Assembly (NCBI GenBank): GCA_965215015.1
Contig: OZ244042.1
Coordinates: 1,664,001 to 1,728,000, forward strand
Origin: Candidatus Poribacteria bacterium
GTDB lineage: Bacteria; Poribacteria; WGA-4E; PCPOR2b
Reading direction: 5' to 3'
Length of the DNA: 64,000 nt
The notes beneath the pieces are model-generated. The model searched no databases and had not been told where the DNA came from. It was given only the letters and a program-made list of their open reading frames with translations. A program made the position numbers and the translations under genes. The number at the start of each line of letters is the position of its first letter. Position 1 is the stretch's first letter. Positions 17,395 to 27,010 of the stretch are shown here, piece after piece.

Positions 17395-19065
17395 TTACTC
17401 GCGCCATGCTTGCTGGCTGAGGATATCATCCTGACTCAGCTCATCGAAGATAAGAGCTGTATTGCTACCGTCCGCATCCATAAGCCAGATACCCAAACTA
17501 CCGTTGCGGTTACTACTGAAGATAATCTTCGTTCCATCAGGCGACCAACACGGATAGCCATTGTAACCGTCCTCGGTAGTCAATCGGGTTTGGCGCAGCG
17601 AAAACAGATCCAGGATATACACAGCAGCACTAAGCGGATCACTTTCCCGGGTAAAGGCCAATTTCGAGCCATCCGGACTCCAATCCGGGTGGATATCGTA
17701 GTTTTCACCAGTTGTCAAACGTTGAATACCCTCTGCTGTTGCTGGCGGCTCAGCACTCGGTGCCTGAGGCGGATCGCCCTCCCCATCCTTTTTCTGGTCC
17801 TCGTCATCTGGTGTTTGATGCGGGTCAGGTTCTGGTTCGGGTTCAGGCTCAGGCTCTGGTTCAGGCTCGGGCTCTGGTTCGGGCTCTGGTTCAGGTTCAG
17901 GCTCTGGCTCCAGCTCTGCTTTCGTTGGAGGTGCCTCCTTGGCCGCGAGAAATGTCTCAATGTCCACCACAAAAAGGTTCCGAATCCCTTGCTGCAGGGC
18001 ATGGTTATAGGCAATCTGAGTGCTGTCAGGCGACCATGTAGGTCTAGAGTCTGCGTGACAGTCGGAAAGTCGAACTCGATCTTCACCATTCACATTCATG
18101 GTGTAAATTGCTGGTTGCCCCAAGGCTCGCGCGTGAACAAAAGCGATGCGACGGCCATTAGGAGACCAAGCCGGATGCCGATCGTTAAAGTGGTCCCCGC
18201 TGATAAGCCTTGCGTTGCCGCCGCGGCTATCCATAATATAGATTTGTGATAGACCCCTATTTTCTGACCGGCTGAAGATAATTTCCTGACCGTTGGGGGA
18301 CCAGGCGGGGTGTACATCGAAGAGGTGTGTCAATGGTTGCTCGCCTGTGCGATCTGCGTTAATAACTGAAATCCCAAAAAAGTCCCTGCTGGCAACATCT
18401 CCACGCATGAAAACAATCTGCCCCGTTACTTTGCGTTCGATAGAGATTCTTCGCGAGACATCGCTATTACCAATAATGATACCCGGAATGCGTGTCGTGT
18501 GATAGCCCGGCTTTTCCGCAGTCAGATTGTATTGCCCCTTGGAGACCGGGGAGATTTCGTACTGTCCCCCTCTACCCGTCACTGCCGCACGTTCACCTAA
18601 AGAGATAAGGACATCTTTCACAGGATTCTCATCGTCAGAAACCACCGAACCTGTAAACCTGACGCCGGGTTCAAGGCGAAAATTAACGGTTGCAGCCTCT
18701 TTGCGAGTGACTTTTACCACCGCTTGTTGGTTTATGTAACCAGGGGCATTGATCTTCAGGGTATAGTCCCCGTTTTTGAGCTCTTCAAATGTGAAGATTC
18801 CACTAGGATTGGTAGTTGTTGAAGCGATCTCTTCCTGTTCGATATCGCCGCCTGGGAGTTTCTTATCCAGGACCAATGTGACTTGGACACCTGTGAGCCC
18901 CTGCTGTGTGACCAAATCTGTAATGACTCCTTTGACGATTCCCTCCGGTAGGACCACAACCTCGGGACCGGTATCAACAACTTCGTCATCACCACAACCG
19001 ATAAAAAATGCGAACAGAGTTAAAGCAAAAAGACCGAGATAGAAGTAACGGATTAAGTTCGCCAT
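17395..19065 (-). CDS. Lipoprotein with two carboxypeptidase-regulatory-like domains and a TolB/PD40 propeller carrying a (Glu-Pro)n insert
   Basis: Lipobox FFIGC; GxYTLKINAPGY and GQYNLTAEKPGY; repeated PAWSPDGxxIxF motifs. Confidence 0.8.
   Translation of the reverse strand: MANLIRYFYLGLFALTLFAFFIGCGDDEVVDTGPEVVVLPEGIVKGVITDLVTQQGLTGVQVTLVLDKKLPGGDIEQEEIASTTTNPSGIFTFEELKNGDYTLKINAPGYINQQAVVKVTRKEAATVNFRLEPGVRFTGSVVSDDENPVKDVLISLGERAAVTGRGGQYEISPVSKGQYNLTAEKPGYHTTRIPGIIIGNSDVSRRISIERKVTGQIVFMRGDVASRDFFGISVINADRTGEQPLTHLFDVHPAWSPNGQEIIFSRSENRGLSQIYIMDSRGGNARLISGDHFNDRHPAWSPNGRRIAFVHARALGQPAIYTMNVNGEDRVRLSDCHADSRPTWSPDSTQIAYNHALQQGIRNLFVVDIETFLAAKEAPPTKAELEPEPEPEPEPEPEPEPEPEPEPEPEPEPDPHQTPDDEDQKKDGEGDPPQAPSAEPPATAEGIQRLTTGENYDIHPDWSPDGSKLAFTRESDPLSAAVYILDLFSLRQTRLTTEDGYNGYPCWSPDGTKIIFSSNRNGSLGIWLMDADGSNTALIFDELSQDDILSQQAWRE
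17824..17912 (-). repeat. Low-complexity coding repeat encoding a (Glu-Pro)n tract
   Basis: GAR-CCN hexamer tandem repeat encoding EPEPEP... with mixed codons. Confidence 0.9.
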
Positions 19066-19261
19066 AAGAATTCATGGGTATGTTTATCCGGCAGTGCTAG
19101 ATAAACATACCGCTTCCTCCCTTCAAAATTCGCCTGTTGGCAAAATGTGAGGCGTTAAACCTTCATAAGATAGTAGCGGAAGATAGTTCCAGAAGTCAAA
19201 AAATCAATCATGTGATTCCTTCAACCTTCCCCCTACTGTTGGCGGATGTTTGACCAGAAAT

Positions 19262-20869
19262 TTACAATTTCTGTGTGACAATTGGTGCTTTCTTCCGATA
19301 ACTATCGTCACCAGAGTTTTTAACTGTTTCCGGAACGTAGTTGCTATAATCCGAAATATTCCCATGTGTGATGGCATAAATGACAATATTAATCAGGTGA
19401 CGCGCCGCGTGTGGCGCAAACTCCTCTAAAATCTGATTCTGATTTTGAAACTTGCCGTAGAACGGTTTCTGGACTTTGCCATCAATTACATGCATCATCT
19501 GTTCGGTATCAACTAAGACGGCAAGCCGTCCATCAATCGTGATACCTTGTAGCTCGGAATAGGGACCAAAGTGAAGAGGGATGGTATGGCCGAAAGCCCC
19601 TACCTTGCGCAACGGAAAACGCAAAGGACCATTTAGTGAGTAATAGGTGTTGTAAATCGGGTGATCATTGGGAATAAATCCAAGTTGATACTCCGGCAGC
19701 AGTTCCCGCAACACCTTTCTTGTGCCTTTCATTGCGTTATCCGTATTCCCATGCGTTAAGATGTAGACAAACCCTCCACGATTAATCACATACTCCCGTA
19801 GTCTTTGGACTTCAGCATCGGTGTACTTACTTAATCCACCCGGACGCGCAATATTCCAGATTGGATTGCTGTGAGAATTGAAGACTCGCTGCCTATGTTC
19901 TGGACTTATCTTTGAGCCACCCGGTATAGGTTCCATAAAAAGAATCGGGGTCTGAAAGAAGGCGGCATCCTTCAGTTGGACTGATTCTACAAGTTGGGTT
20001 TTGATTTTCGTTTTTTGATTCAGTGATTGCACTAAATAGGACAGACCTGCCCCAAATCGGAAATTACCCACACCGCTGCCTCATATATCTGCGCTTGGAT
20101 GAAGCGGATCTTCAAAACGCGCGAGGTTTAATCGCCCCATCATATCGCGTCCCCGGCCCACAACTATAGCACCCGGACTGCCTGAGGGGAGGGCAGGCAC
20201 ACCACCCCCTAGCGTCACCTGTTCGCTGACGTTGGAAAGGGTGTCCTCAATGTTCGTTGCCCCTTCGGCACCGACCAGTGAACCTATTCCAACGCCACCT
20301 CTTGTCCGGACCCGATTCACACCACTGCCTGTACCGAAATCGCCCCGCCCTACCCCCCTACCACTCCCTCCACCTATACTGCCAGATCCTGAGAGTGAAC
20401 TAGTGCCGCGCATTCCCGCAGCGAGTGGAGCATCTGATTGAATGGGGAGATCGACAGCAGTGGCAAGTAATTGGGCGGGACGGTCATTGACGCGAGAAGC
20501 CCCTTGAACAGCAATTTCTGCACGCGCAGATTGTGTTGAAGGGCGGGAAACCGGGGCGGCCACTGCTGCGGTCTTCGGCGCAGATACGGAGGTAGATCTC
20601 ACCTGGGCCGTCAGGGATCGGGTCTGCACCAACATTGACTGAGGTTCGGTTTGAAACTTAGGCGTAGGTGCTGGCACGACGATAGGGGCCTTGACACGGG
20701 GTGTTTTCTTCACGAGCGGCAGCGGTTCAACTTTGAGAATGCTCACGTCTATGGCATCAACATTGCTCGGAGTGATTTGGTTGATAATGATGAAGCTGAA
20801 GACAATTGCAAGGCATAGATGTACCACTAGAGAGATGAGCCAGAAGCGGTACTTGTGATGAGATTTCAT
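19262..20869 (-). CDS. Membrane-anchored DUF4159-like protein with an in-frame TGA at 20081-20083 (candidate selenoprotein, ~535 aa if read through)
   Basis: ORFs 20081-20908 and 19262-20071 share a frame and are separated only by TGA GGC AGC GGT. The N part has a TonB-like anchor (SLVVH) and a Pro/Gly linker. The C part has DUF4159-like motifs (LREYVINRGGF, IPNDHPIY, GITIDGRLAV, INIVIYAITH). ATG 20869 has an AGGAGG RBS. Confidence 0.65.
20037..20054 (-). promoter_or_regulatory. Putative bacterial SECIS hairpin
   Basis: Minus strand TGGGGCA-GGTC-TGTCCTA, with the loop ~33 nt after the TGA; apex GCAGGUCUG as in the E. coli fdhF SECIS. Confidence 0.55.
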
Positions 20870-21318
20870 GGCAGTAACCTCCTTAAGCAAATAATTGGCG
20901 TTTAACATACTTCCACACGCTAAAGTCCGATTCAGTGTATCTAGGGGACATTACCGAACGATGAATCTACACTATATCGGGATTCGTAAAGTCCCAAGTG
21001 CATGTGAAATTCCGCTATCAACAACTCTTACTACCCGAAGGGGATTCGGTGAATCGTAGATTTACCTCCGCTCGACCCAAGGTAGGCTTACGATGTCTCG
21101 TCCGATGGACGATATGCTGTCCATTTTCGATATTCACTACTGCTTTAGGCGATTCAGAATGAAAGGTTTTTGCAACAGTTCATTTTGCGCTGACACTAAT
21201 GACCCGGCAGGATGGCAACCCATTGATTAACTCAGCAGATTACAACAGGGAACACCACCCATTGCTTGGTCAGCCGTCAATCATACCCTGTTACTTAAAA
21301 AAGTATAGCACATCTTTG

Positions 21319-21760
21319 TTAGAAATACAATCTTTTAATAGGAGATAAGGATACAGCCTTCATTTCGACAGCTTCGACAAGTTGTGTTTTAATCTTGGTG
21401 TTTTGATTCAGTAATTGTACTAGATAGGGCAGACCTGCCCCAAATCGGATATTCCCGATACCACCGCCTCATATATCCGCGCTTGGGTGAAGCGGATCTT
21501 CAAAGCAGGCCAGGTTTAATCGCCCCATGATATCTTGTCCACGACCCACAACAATAACACCGGGTGTTCTCAGCGGGAAGTTCAGGCACGCCACCCCCAG
21601 GATTACCTTTTCGGGGACATTGGAGAGCGTGTCTCCAATGTTCGCCGTTCCTCCAGCGGAAACTAGTGAAGTCAGTCCAACGTTTCCTCGTCCCCATATC
21701 TGATCCATGCCATCTCCTAAACTGAAGGCATCACGTCCAACACCGTTACCCCCTTGATTG
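21319..21760 (-). pseudogene. Diverged, frameshifted partial duplicate of the DUF4159-like gene, retaining the TGA and the hairpin
   Basis: Encodes ...NIGDTLSNV...GVIVVGRGQDIMGRLNLACFEDPLHPSADI-TGA(21469-21471)-GGGIGNIRFGAGLPYLVQLLNQNTKIKTQLVE; frameshift near 21595; truncated at both ends. Confidence 0.75.
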
Positions 21761-21792
21761 TGGGCTTTTGAGGCAAATGTTACTGCGTACCG

Positions 21793-21809
21793 AGCAATCT
21801 TTGTGCCAA
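21793..21809 (-). promoter_or_regulatory. Sigma-54 (-24/-12) promoter
   Basis: Minus strand TTGGCACAAAGATTGCT, 16/17 identical to the site at 8601-8617. Confidence 0.7.
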
Positions 21810-22167
21810 TATAAAAATATCGCTGAAACTTCAAAAATAGTTGGGAGGCACATTTTACTGATTAGGACTTACGTCGTTGAACGTTCAAAGGAAACACCAA
21901 CCCCTGCTGCGCGACTGTCCGAGTGGGTTAGCCAGGATTATGGCGCGAGAGTCATGGTATCTTTCAGGGACTCATCACCGGATAATACCACTCACGCCGC
22001 CCGATGAATCGGGCAACTACAGTTCATCCGACAGTTGTAGGCCTACTCCCTTAAAGACGCGGGTTGAATTGCGCTACTACAAACTCAAGGGCGTAACTTC
22101 TACATGGTAACAATAACGGTTGGATTTGGTCCGAAATATTGAATGGTGCGCGAATGTTTGACAGTAG

Positions 22168-22184
22168 TGTTCAGATTTTGAACA
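22168..22184. promoter_or_regulatory. Palindromic operator, putative activator site (second copy)
   Basis: TGTTCAGATTTTGAACA, identical to 8700-8716. Confidence 0.55.
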
Positions 22185-22304
22185 GCTGCCAATAAAACTG
22201 TAAGAGCGGGCTCCCGATCTCGACACTCGCTAGCCTCTGACGAGGAGAGTCGTATGACTTATTCTCTTGCAAGTGGAAAGGAAAGCAGGCTGGCCTGAAC
22301 TGAC

Positions 22305-22340
22305 GAGGCGGTGGACCTCGGTCTACCGCCTTTTTTTATT
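22305..22340 (+). terminator. Intrinsic terminator
   Basis: AGGCGGTGGAC-CTCG-GTCTACCGCCT stem followed by a T run. Confidence 0.75.
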
Positions 22341-23045
22341 GATGAAGAAGGAAGGTCCCCCTTTTGCCGCCTTCCCTTAGACAAACTTAATCAATCGCGA
22401 TTCAGACAATTCTCCACGGGGGCATAGACACAAGTTGGAAAGAAACTCATCAACTGTGGCAACCCTGCATCGGCAAAAACAACCATCTCACTGACCCCTT
22501 CAATTAAATGATTGTCAGTTTGAATGAAATCAGCCTGCAAATCCTTCCATCCTAAAAATCCTAATTCAGATGGCCTTGAATCCCGAAGATACCAACACCA
22601 TTGCGCTACGGTTCTAGGCTTAATGAGCCCGGCGGGTCGCGCAACATATCGGGTATTTTCAGGGCAAGAATCTGTGTCATCCGCTTCAGCCGTTTAAGCC
22701 GCGTCAATCCGCGATCGGGATTCAGACAACTATTATGAGCACCCCTCATTTAGTTTTCGACATTTTATTTCTATATGTCAACGTTTTTTTCTCTGTTTTC
22801 TGATCAATTCTTGCTATAATTTACTTGGTTCATGTTAAGAAATTGTGAAATAGAACCCGGTTTTTTTCGCTCCCCCCTCAGTCCCCCGCAAGCAGGGGGA
22901 AGGGGACGGTTTCTCTTCGTGTTTTGCACTCTCTTTTTAGATGAGCCATTTACTTTACGTGGGTGGAGGGCAAAATGGAATAGAATCTAAAAGAATACAG
23001 CATTATTGTGAGGTTGTCCAACTTATGGGCGAAAGGAGCACTATC

Positions 23046-24461
23046 ATGGTCGATCAGCAGTACCTTCTCAATAACGAACAGATACAGCATTTCATCAAAA
23101 ATGGGTATATCACAATCCACCCCAATTTACCCGATGTCCACGAAGAAATCTATCGGGAGACTGCAACAATATTTGAGAAAGAGGGAGACCCACGAAACCA
23201 TATCCTCCAAAAAGTTCCTGGACTGTATCAGGTTTTTGCCCATCCGACAGTCCGCGGTGTGCTGACCAGCCTCCTTGGACCGAATTACATGATGCACCCA
23301 CACCGCCATGCACACATGAAGCAGCCGGGACAAAAAGGGGGAGCCTGGCATCAGGATGGCAGATCGAAACATTTCACAACGAAAGATCACGGATGGCTTT
23401 TTGAATGGAGACGACACCATTGTTTTCGCTCTGTTTGGGCGTGGTATTATCCGCAGGAAGTCACCGAGGATATGGGGCCGACAGCAGTTATACCGGGGGT
23501 GCAGTACTACGATTTGGAAAGTATGCGGCACTACAACAATGCTTATAGCGATCCGGAGATTGGTACACTGCTTTGTGGAAAGGCAGGCACGGTCACGATT
23601 GGGCATTACCATCAGTGGCATAGTAGTTGGGGGACAAATCATAGCAACAAGAATCGTTACATGATCAAGTTTCTCTTTACCCGCACGGAAGAGCCGCTAC
23701 ACCCCTCTTGGAACACCAACGGCATTGCTTCTACGGATATGGAACTGCTTACCGACGACGCACCGACCCCCGGTCAAGAAACGGTCTGGAAGCATGTATG
23801 GGGTTGGTTAAACGGAGACAGTGAGGCAAGGGCAAAAAATGGGGAAAATGGAAACCACGTCTCTCAATTGATTGGCATATTGCGCGAGGCCTCCGCCTCC
23901 GCTCGCCTGAATGCCGTTTATACCCTCGGAGCGATTGGTCTGCCTGCGGTAGATCCGTTGATAGGAATACTACAGCAGACCGCTGAACCCGTTGAGATTA
24001 CGGATGAGCCTATCTTAACCCATGCAGCGTATGCCTTGAGCGCAGTCGGATCCCCAGCTGTCCCCGCGCTAATGTCTATACTCAACGACGATGCGGCCTG
24101 GTGGGTGCGTGCGACCGCTGCGGATATCTTGGGCGATATTGGTAGACCTGCCACAGAAGCTAGCCCCGCCTTGATTCTGGCTCTAGATGATCCATCCGAG
24201 TGGGTCCGTCGCAATTCCGTGAATGCGTTAGGGACAATTGGGGCAGGGAGGGACGCATTGGTAGCAACTTTGAAGGATTCCCATCCGTTGGTTCGCAGCA
24301 GTGCGGTGAATGCACTGACTAGGACGTGCAAAGGAGCTGATGAAGGCATTGACGCTGTCAGTCGTGCGCTGTCAGAGCTAATCTATAACGACGAGTACGC
24401 TATCATCCGCGAGTATGCAATCGGTGCGTTGGAAGAGATAGGCTTGCACGCCAGCAACTAA
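23046..24461 (+). CDS. PhyH-family dioxygenase fused to C-terminal HEAT (PBS-lyase-like) repeats
   Basis: WHQD, MGPTAVIPG and WH motifs, then repeats VR..AA.ALG.IG..A.PAL. Start at ATG 23046 with AAAGGAG RBS. Confidence 0.8.
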   Translation: MVDQQYLLNNEQIQHFIKNGYITIHPNLPDVHEEIYRETATIFEKEGDPRNHILQKVPGLYQVFAHPTVRGVLTSLLGPNYMMHPHRHAHMKQPGQKGGAWHQDGRSKHFTTKDHGWLFEWRRHHCFRSVWAWYYPQEVTEDMGPTAVIPGVQYYDLESMRHYNNAYSDPEIGTLLCGKAGTVTIGHYHQWHSSWGTNHSNKNRYMIKFLFTRTEEPLHPSWNTNGIASTDMELLTDDAPTPGQETVWKHVWGWLNGDSEARAKNGENGNHVSQLIGILREASASARLNAVYTLGAIGLPAVDPLIGILQQTAEPVEITDEPILTHAAYALSAVGSPAVPALMSILNDDAAWWVRATAADILGDIGRPATEASPALILALDDPSEWVRRNSVNALGTIGAGRDALVATLKDSHPLVRSSAVNALTRTCKGADEGIDAVSRALSELIYNDEYAIIREYAIGALEEIGLHASN

Positions 24462-24642
24462 CATGAGTTGCTAGGACGTATTGATATTGGACAGATTGAA
24501 TCCATTTCCATTCCGCAAGGCTTCAATCTGATGCACCGTGAGGATCTTTCAGATAACCGCCCCGTTTGTTTTTAGTAGATCGTCCGTTGACTCCAACCTT
24601 TGCTGAATTGGGGACAGTCAAATGTCAACATGCCTTAGCCAC

Positions 24643-25236
24643 TTACATTAATGAAGCGTGTTCTAAGAGACCACCCGCGTCCAGCACCCGCCAGAAGGTA
24701 TAATCCGCGTGGTGGACGATCGTGTTCTCCAAGCTGCGGACAACTAACTCACCCTCACCCGAATGTGCACCCGCTGTGTGTGCGACGGCCTCCGGAAGCC
24801 CGACCGTCAGGCAGACGTGGACGCCGTAGCCCGGATGCCGAATTGATGGAAACCCAGCAGCACTCGGTGATTCTCGCCAGCGGGCCTGGTTTGCCGGATC
24901 AAATTCCCACGGCTTGCCCACATCATGGCACAACGCGCAGGCGATGAGAAGATCGCGATCCACTCCAAGCTCAGGAAACATCGCCATCAGTTCGTCTCCG
25001 ATCCGTATCGCAAGTAAAGTGACTCCACGGATATGGTGGGTCTGTGTCCCCCGCTTGAGCGGCGGCGTATCTGGATTGCCCGACGCACGAATTTCGTCAA
25101 TAGATTTGAATGAACTTTTCCCAAGCGAGTAAGCCCACGCATCGATAACCTGAGCACGCAAGGTTTCGTCGCCGATCTCGTTCACTTCGGGCAATGAGCG
25201 AATGACTGATTGTCGTAACTCTTCAGAAATTTGCAT
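24643..25236 (-). CDS. HD-domain metal-dependent phosphohydrolase
   Basis: H...HDVGK...RH...AH...HHAD pattern; AGGAGG RBS. Confidence 0.8.
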   Translation of the reverse strand: MQISEELRQSVIRSLPEVNEIGDETLRAQVIDAWAYSLGKSSFKSIDEIRASGNPDTPPLKRGTQTHHIRGVTLLAIRIGDELMAMFPELGVDRDLLIACALCHDVGKPWEFDPANQARWRESPSAAGFPSIRHPGYGVHVCLTVGLPEAVAHTAGAHSGEGELVVRSLENTIVHHADYTFWRVLDAGGLLEHASLM

Positions 25237-25344
25237 AATCCCCTCCTAATACAAATCTTTGATAGTACAAGCCGTGTCCAGAGGACGCGTCGAAAGCAGT
25301 AAAATCCCCCTGTCTGCTCTTATCGAAGTTATTGTCCACACTCT

Positions 25345-25687
25345 CTAAAACATAGAAAAATCAATTTCCTTCGCTGTGATGAATTCCAGCAAAGTTGGAA
25401 CGCCTTCCCCTGTTTGCTGGATCCCACGTTTGATGGCAGGAATGATTTGGCTCGCTATAACCGTCGAATTTCTTTGCCATATCGGCGTGGTTTCCAGATA
25501 TGTCCGTGCTGCGATATTTCTCAGTAGATAGCTGCATGATTGGCAATTCAATCGCCATGGAGAAATTTTGGTAATTCACGGGTGCGAATTCCCACAGCGG
25601 CAGCGATAATTGCATTGACTAGATAGGCAAAGGGATATTCCACACCCTCTGCCTCCAAATTTGGGCGACAGCATCGGCAACTTTCAT
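25345..25687 (-). pseudogene. Thiamine-pyrophosphate-dependent enzyme (acetolactate-synthase-like) remnant with a large internal deletion
   Basis: ATG 25687 with AGGAG RBS gives MKVADAVAQI, then after a frameshift EAEGVEYPFAYLVNAII. This joins directly to C-terminal NFSMAIELPIM..STEKYRSTDISGNHADMAK..GY and IIPAIKRGIQQTGEGVPTLLEFIT. Confidence 0.7.
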
Positions 25688-25735
25688 AAAGTCTCCTTAA
25701 TTTTATTTTGAAGTGAATTTATTTCGGAAAATCAT

Positions 25736-27010
25736 CTATTGAGATCCTCCGATTTTTCCACTCGCGTTGGGCAAAGGAGACTGCGGATGCATTGCTCGCG
25801 CCTTCGCCCGGAAGTCAAGTCCTTTTTGACCCAGTGCTTGCAATTCTTCTGGACTGCCATCAAACCATTCCTTCAGGCGTCGTCGGGCGATATGGACATG
25901 CAACACTTCGTCTGCCCAGTCGAAATCCTGAAGGGTTGTCATCAAGGGGTGGCGAGCGGCATCGCGGCAAAACTCAAATTCCTCACGCTTGCCAGGGGGA
26001 TATTTCATGAGACCAGCCTCAACGCCAAAGAGCATAGCATATAACTCCAAGGGGGGCATCTTAAAGAGATAGGCAGCTTCCCAATCGCGTATCGGCATCG
26101 CGGAACGCTCATCGAAAATATCCTCAGTAGCTGCTTCGCCAAAGACGGAATGGCGCATTTCGTCCCAAAGATGGCGGGAGATATCGGCATAGAACCCCCA
26201 CGGCTGGCCTTTCATTTCATACAACACAAAGCCCAACGCTTCCGCAATGGTAGTTTCTCCCAGACGGGTCGCAATCATCTGCATCAAGCGTTCTTCCACC
26301 CGTTCGTTGTCAACATGGATAATATCCCACACACGAGGGAAGGTATCATCGCGGGTGAGCTCCTTCGGAATCAGATAGGGGGTTGTCGCTCGAATGGGTT
26401 GGAGCGCATTGAGGTTCACTTCGCCTATACCATCAATGCCCCCGGCAGCTGCAAGTAAGTTGCGGAGTGTCCCGCTCCAAGTCTCTGCTGCTGCTTCTTT
26501 TTCTGGTGTGTCAACGACATCGTGGTAGGCAGCTTCTAGCAGCCGCAGCCCTTCTTCTACTTCAGCGATAACAGTTTTTAGGATACGCACAGTGGAGTAG
26601 TCCGCCAAACCATTGGTTTCATTGACATACCTGTGATATGCTTCCAAAAGTGCGGGTTTGAACACCTTTGCCAACCCTGCCAACAGTTCAACGGTATTCG
26701 CTGCGTACATTGCTTCATCGAAAACGACCTGCAAAGACCCATCGGGGGTTTGATACGCTTTTGTCTTAGAGACGCGTAGTTCAGGCAACCGGGCCTTGAA
26801 CTGAGACGCATGTTGTGAGGCTTCATATTGGAACCTTGCTAGCAGCACCTTGACATCCCGCTCTGGCGTACTAATAATGTGGGCAGCTTGCTGAAACATC
26901 AACTGTTCTGCCGCGTAAGCGAATTGATGGAGTCGGGCAGCGCATTGATCAACGCTGAATCCCTGCTGTTTTGTATTCTGCAAGCCTGCGTATTGATAGA
27001 GTCGTTTCAT
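25736..27010 (-). CDS. Ferritin-like (DUF455-type) putative diiron protein
   Basis: ExxH motifs WDEMRH and ADEVLHV, plus a degenerate EASQH in the N-terminal half; helical composition. Confidence 0.55.
   Translation of the reverse strand: MKRLYQYAGLQNTKQQGFSVDQCAARLHQFAYAAEQLMFQQAAHIISTPERDVKVLLARFQYEASQHASQFKARLPELRVSKTKAYQTPDGSLQVVFDEAMYAANTVELLAGLAKVFKPALLEAYHRYVNETNGLADYSTVRILKTVIAEVEEGLRLLEAAYHDVVDTPEKEAAAETWSGTLRNLLAAAGGIDGIGEVNLNALQPIRATTPYLIPKELTRDDTFPRVWDIIHVDNERVEERLMQMIATRLGETTIAEALGFVLYEMKGQPWGFYADISRHLWDEMRHSVFGEAATEDIFDERSAMPIRDWEAAYLFKMPPLELYAMLFGVEAGLMKYPPGKREEFEFCRDAARHPLMTTLQDFDWADEVLHVHIARRRLKEWFDGSPEELQALGQKGLDFRAKARAMHPQSPLPNASGKIGGSQ

Noticed and set aside
17410-18249. 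279-aa antisense ORF and similar shadow ORFs (for example 30742-31482)
   Set aside because: They lie opposite well-supported genes and reflect codon or repeat structure, with no motifs of their own.
20081-20083. Genome-wide UGA reassignment to Trp or Gly
   Set aside because: Many genes here end at TGA at their expected C-termini (for example moaE and the epimerase).
22236-22290. Hammerhead ribozyme (CUGACGA...GAAA)
   Set aside because: The stem after CUGACGA is followed by GCAA rather than GAAA, and I could not build stems I and III.
24925-24942. CxxCH (CALCH) heme-c motif in the HD protein
   Set aside because: The His is part of the HD motif (HDVGK) and the protein has no export signal.
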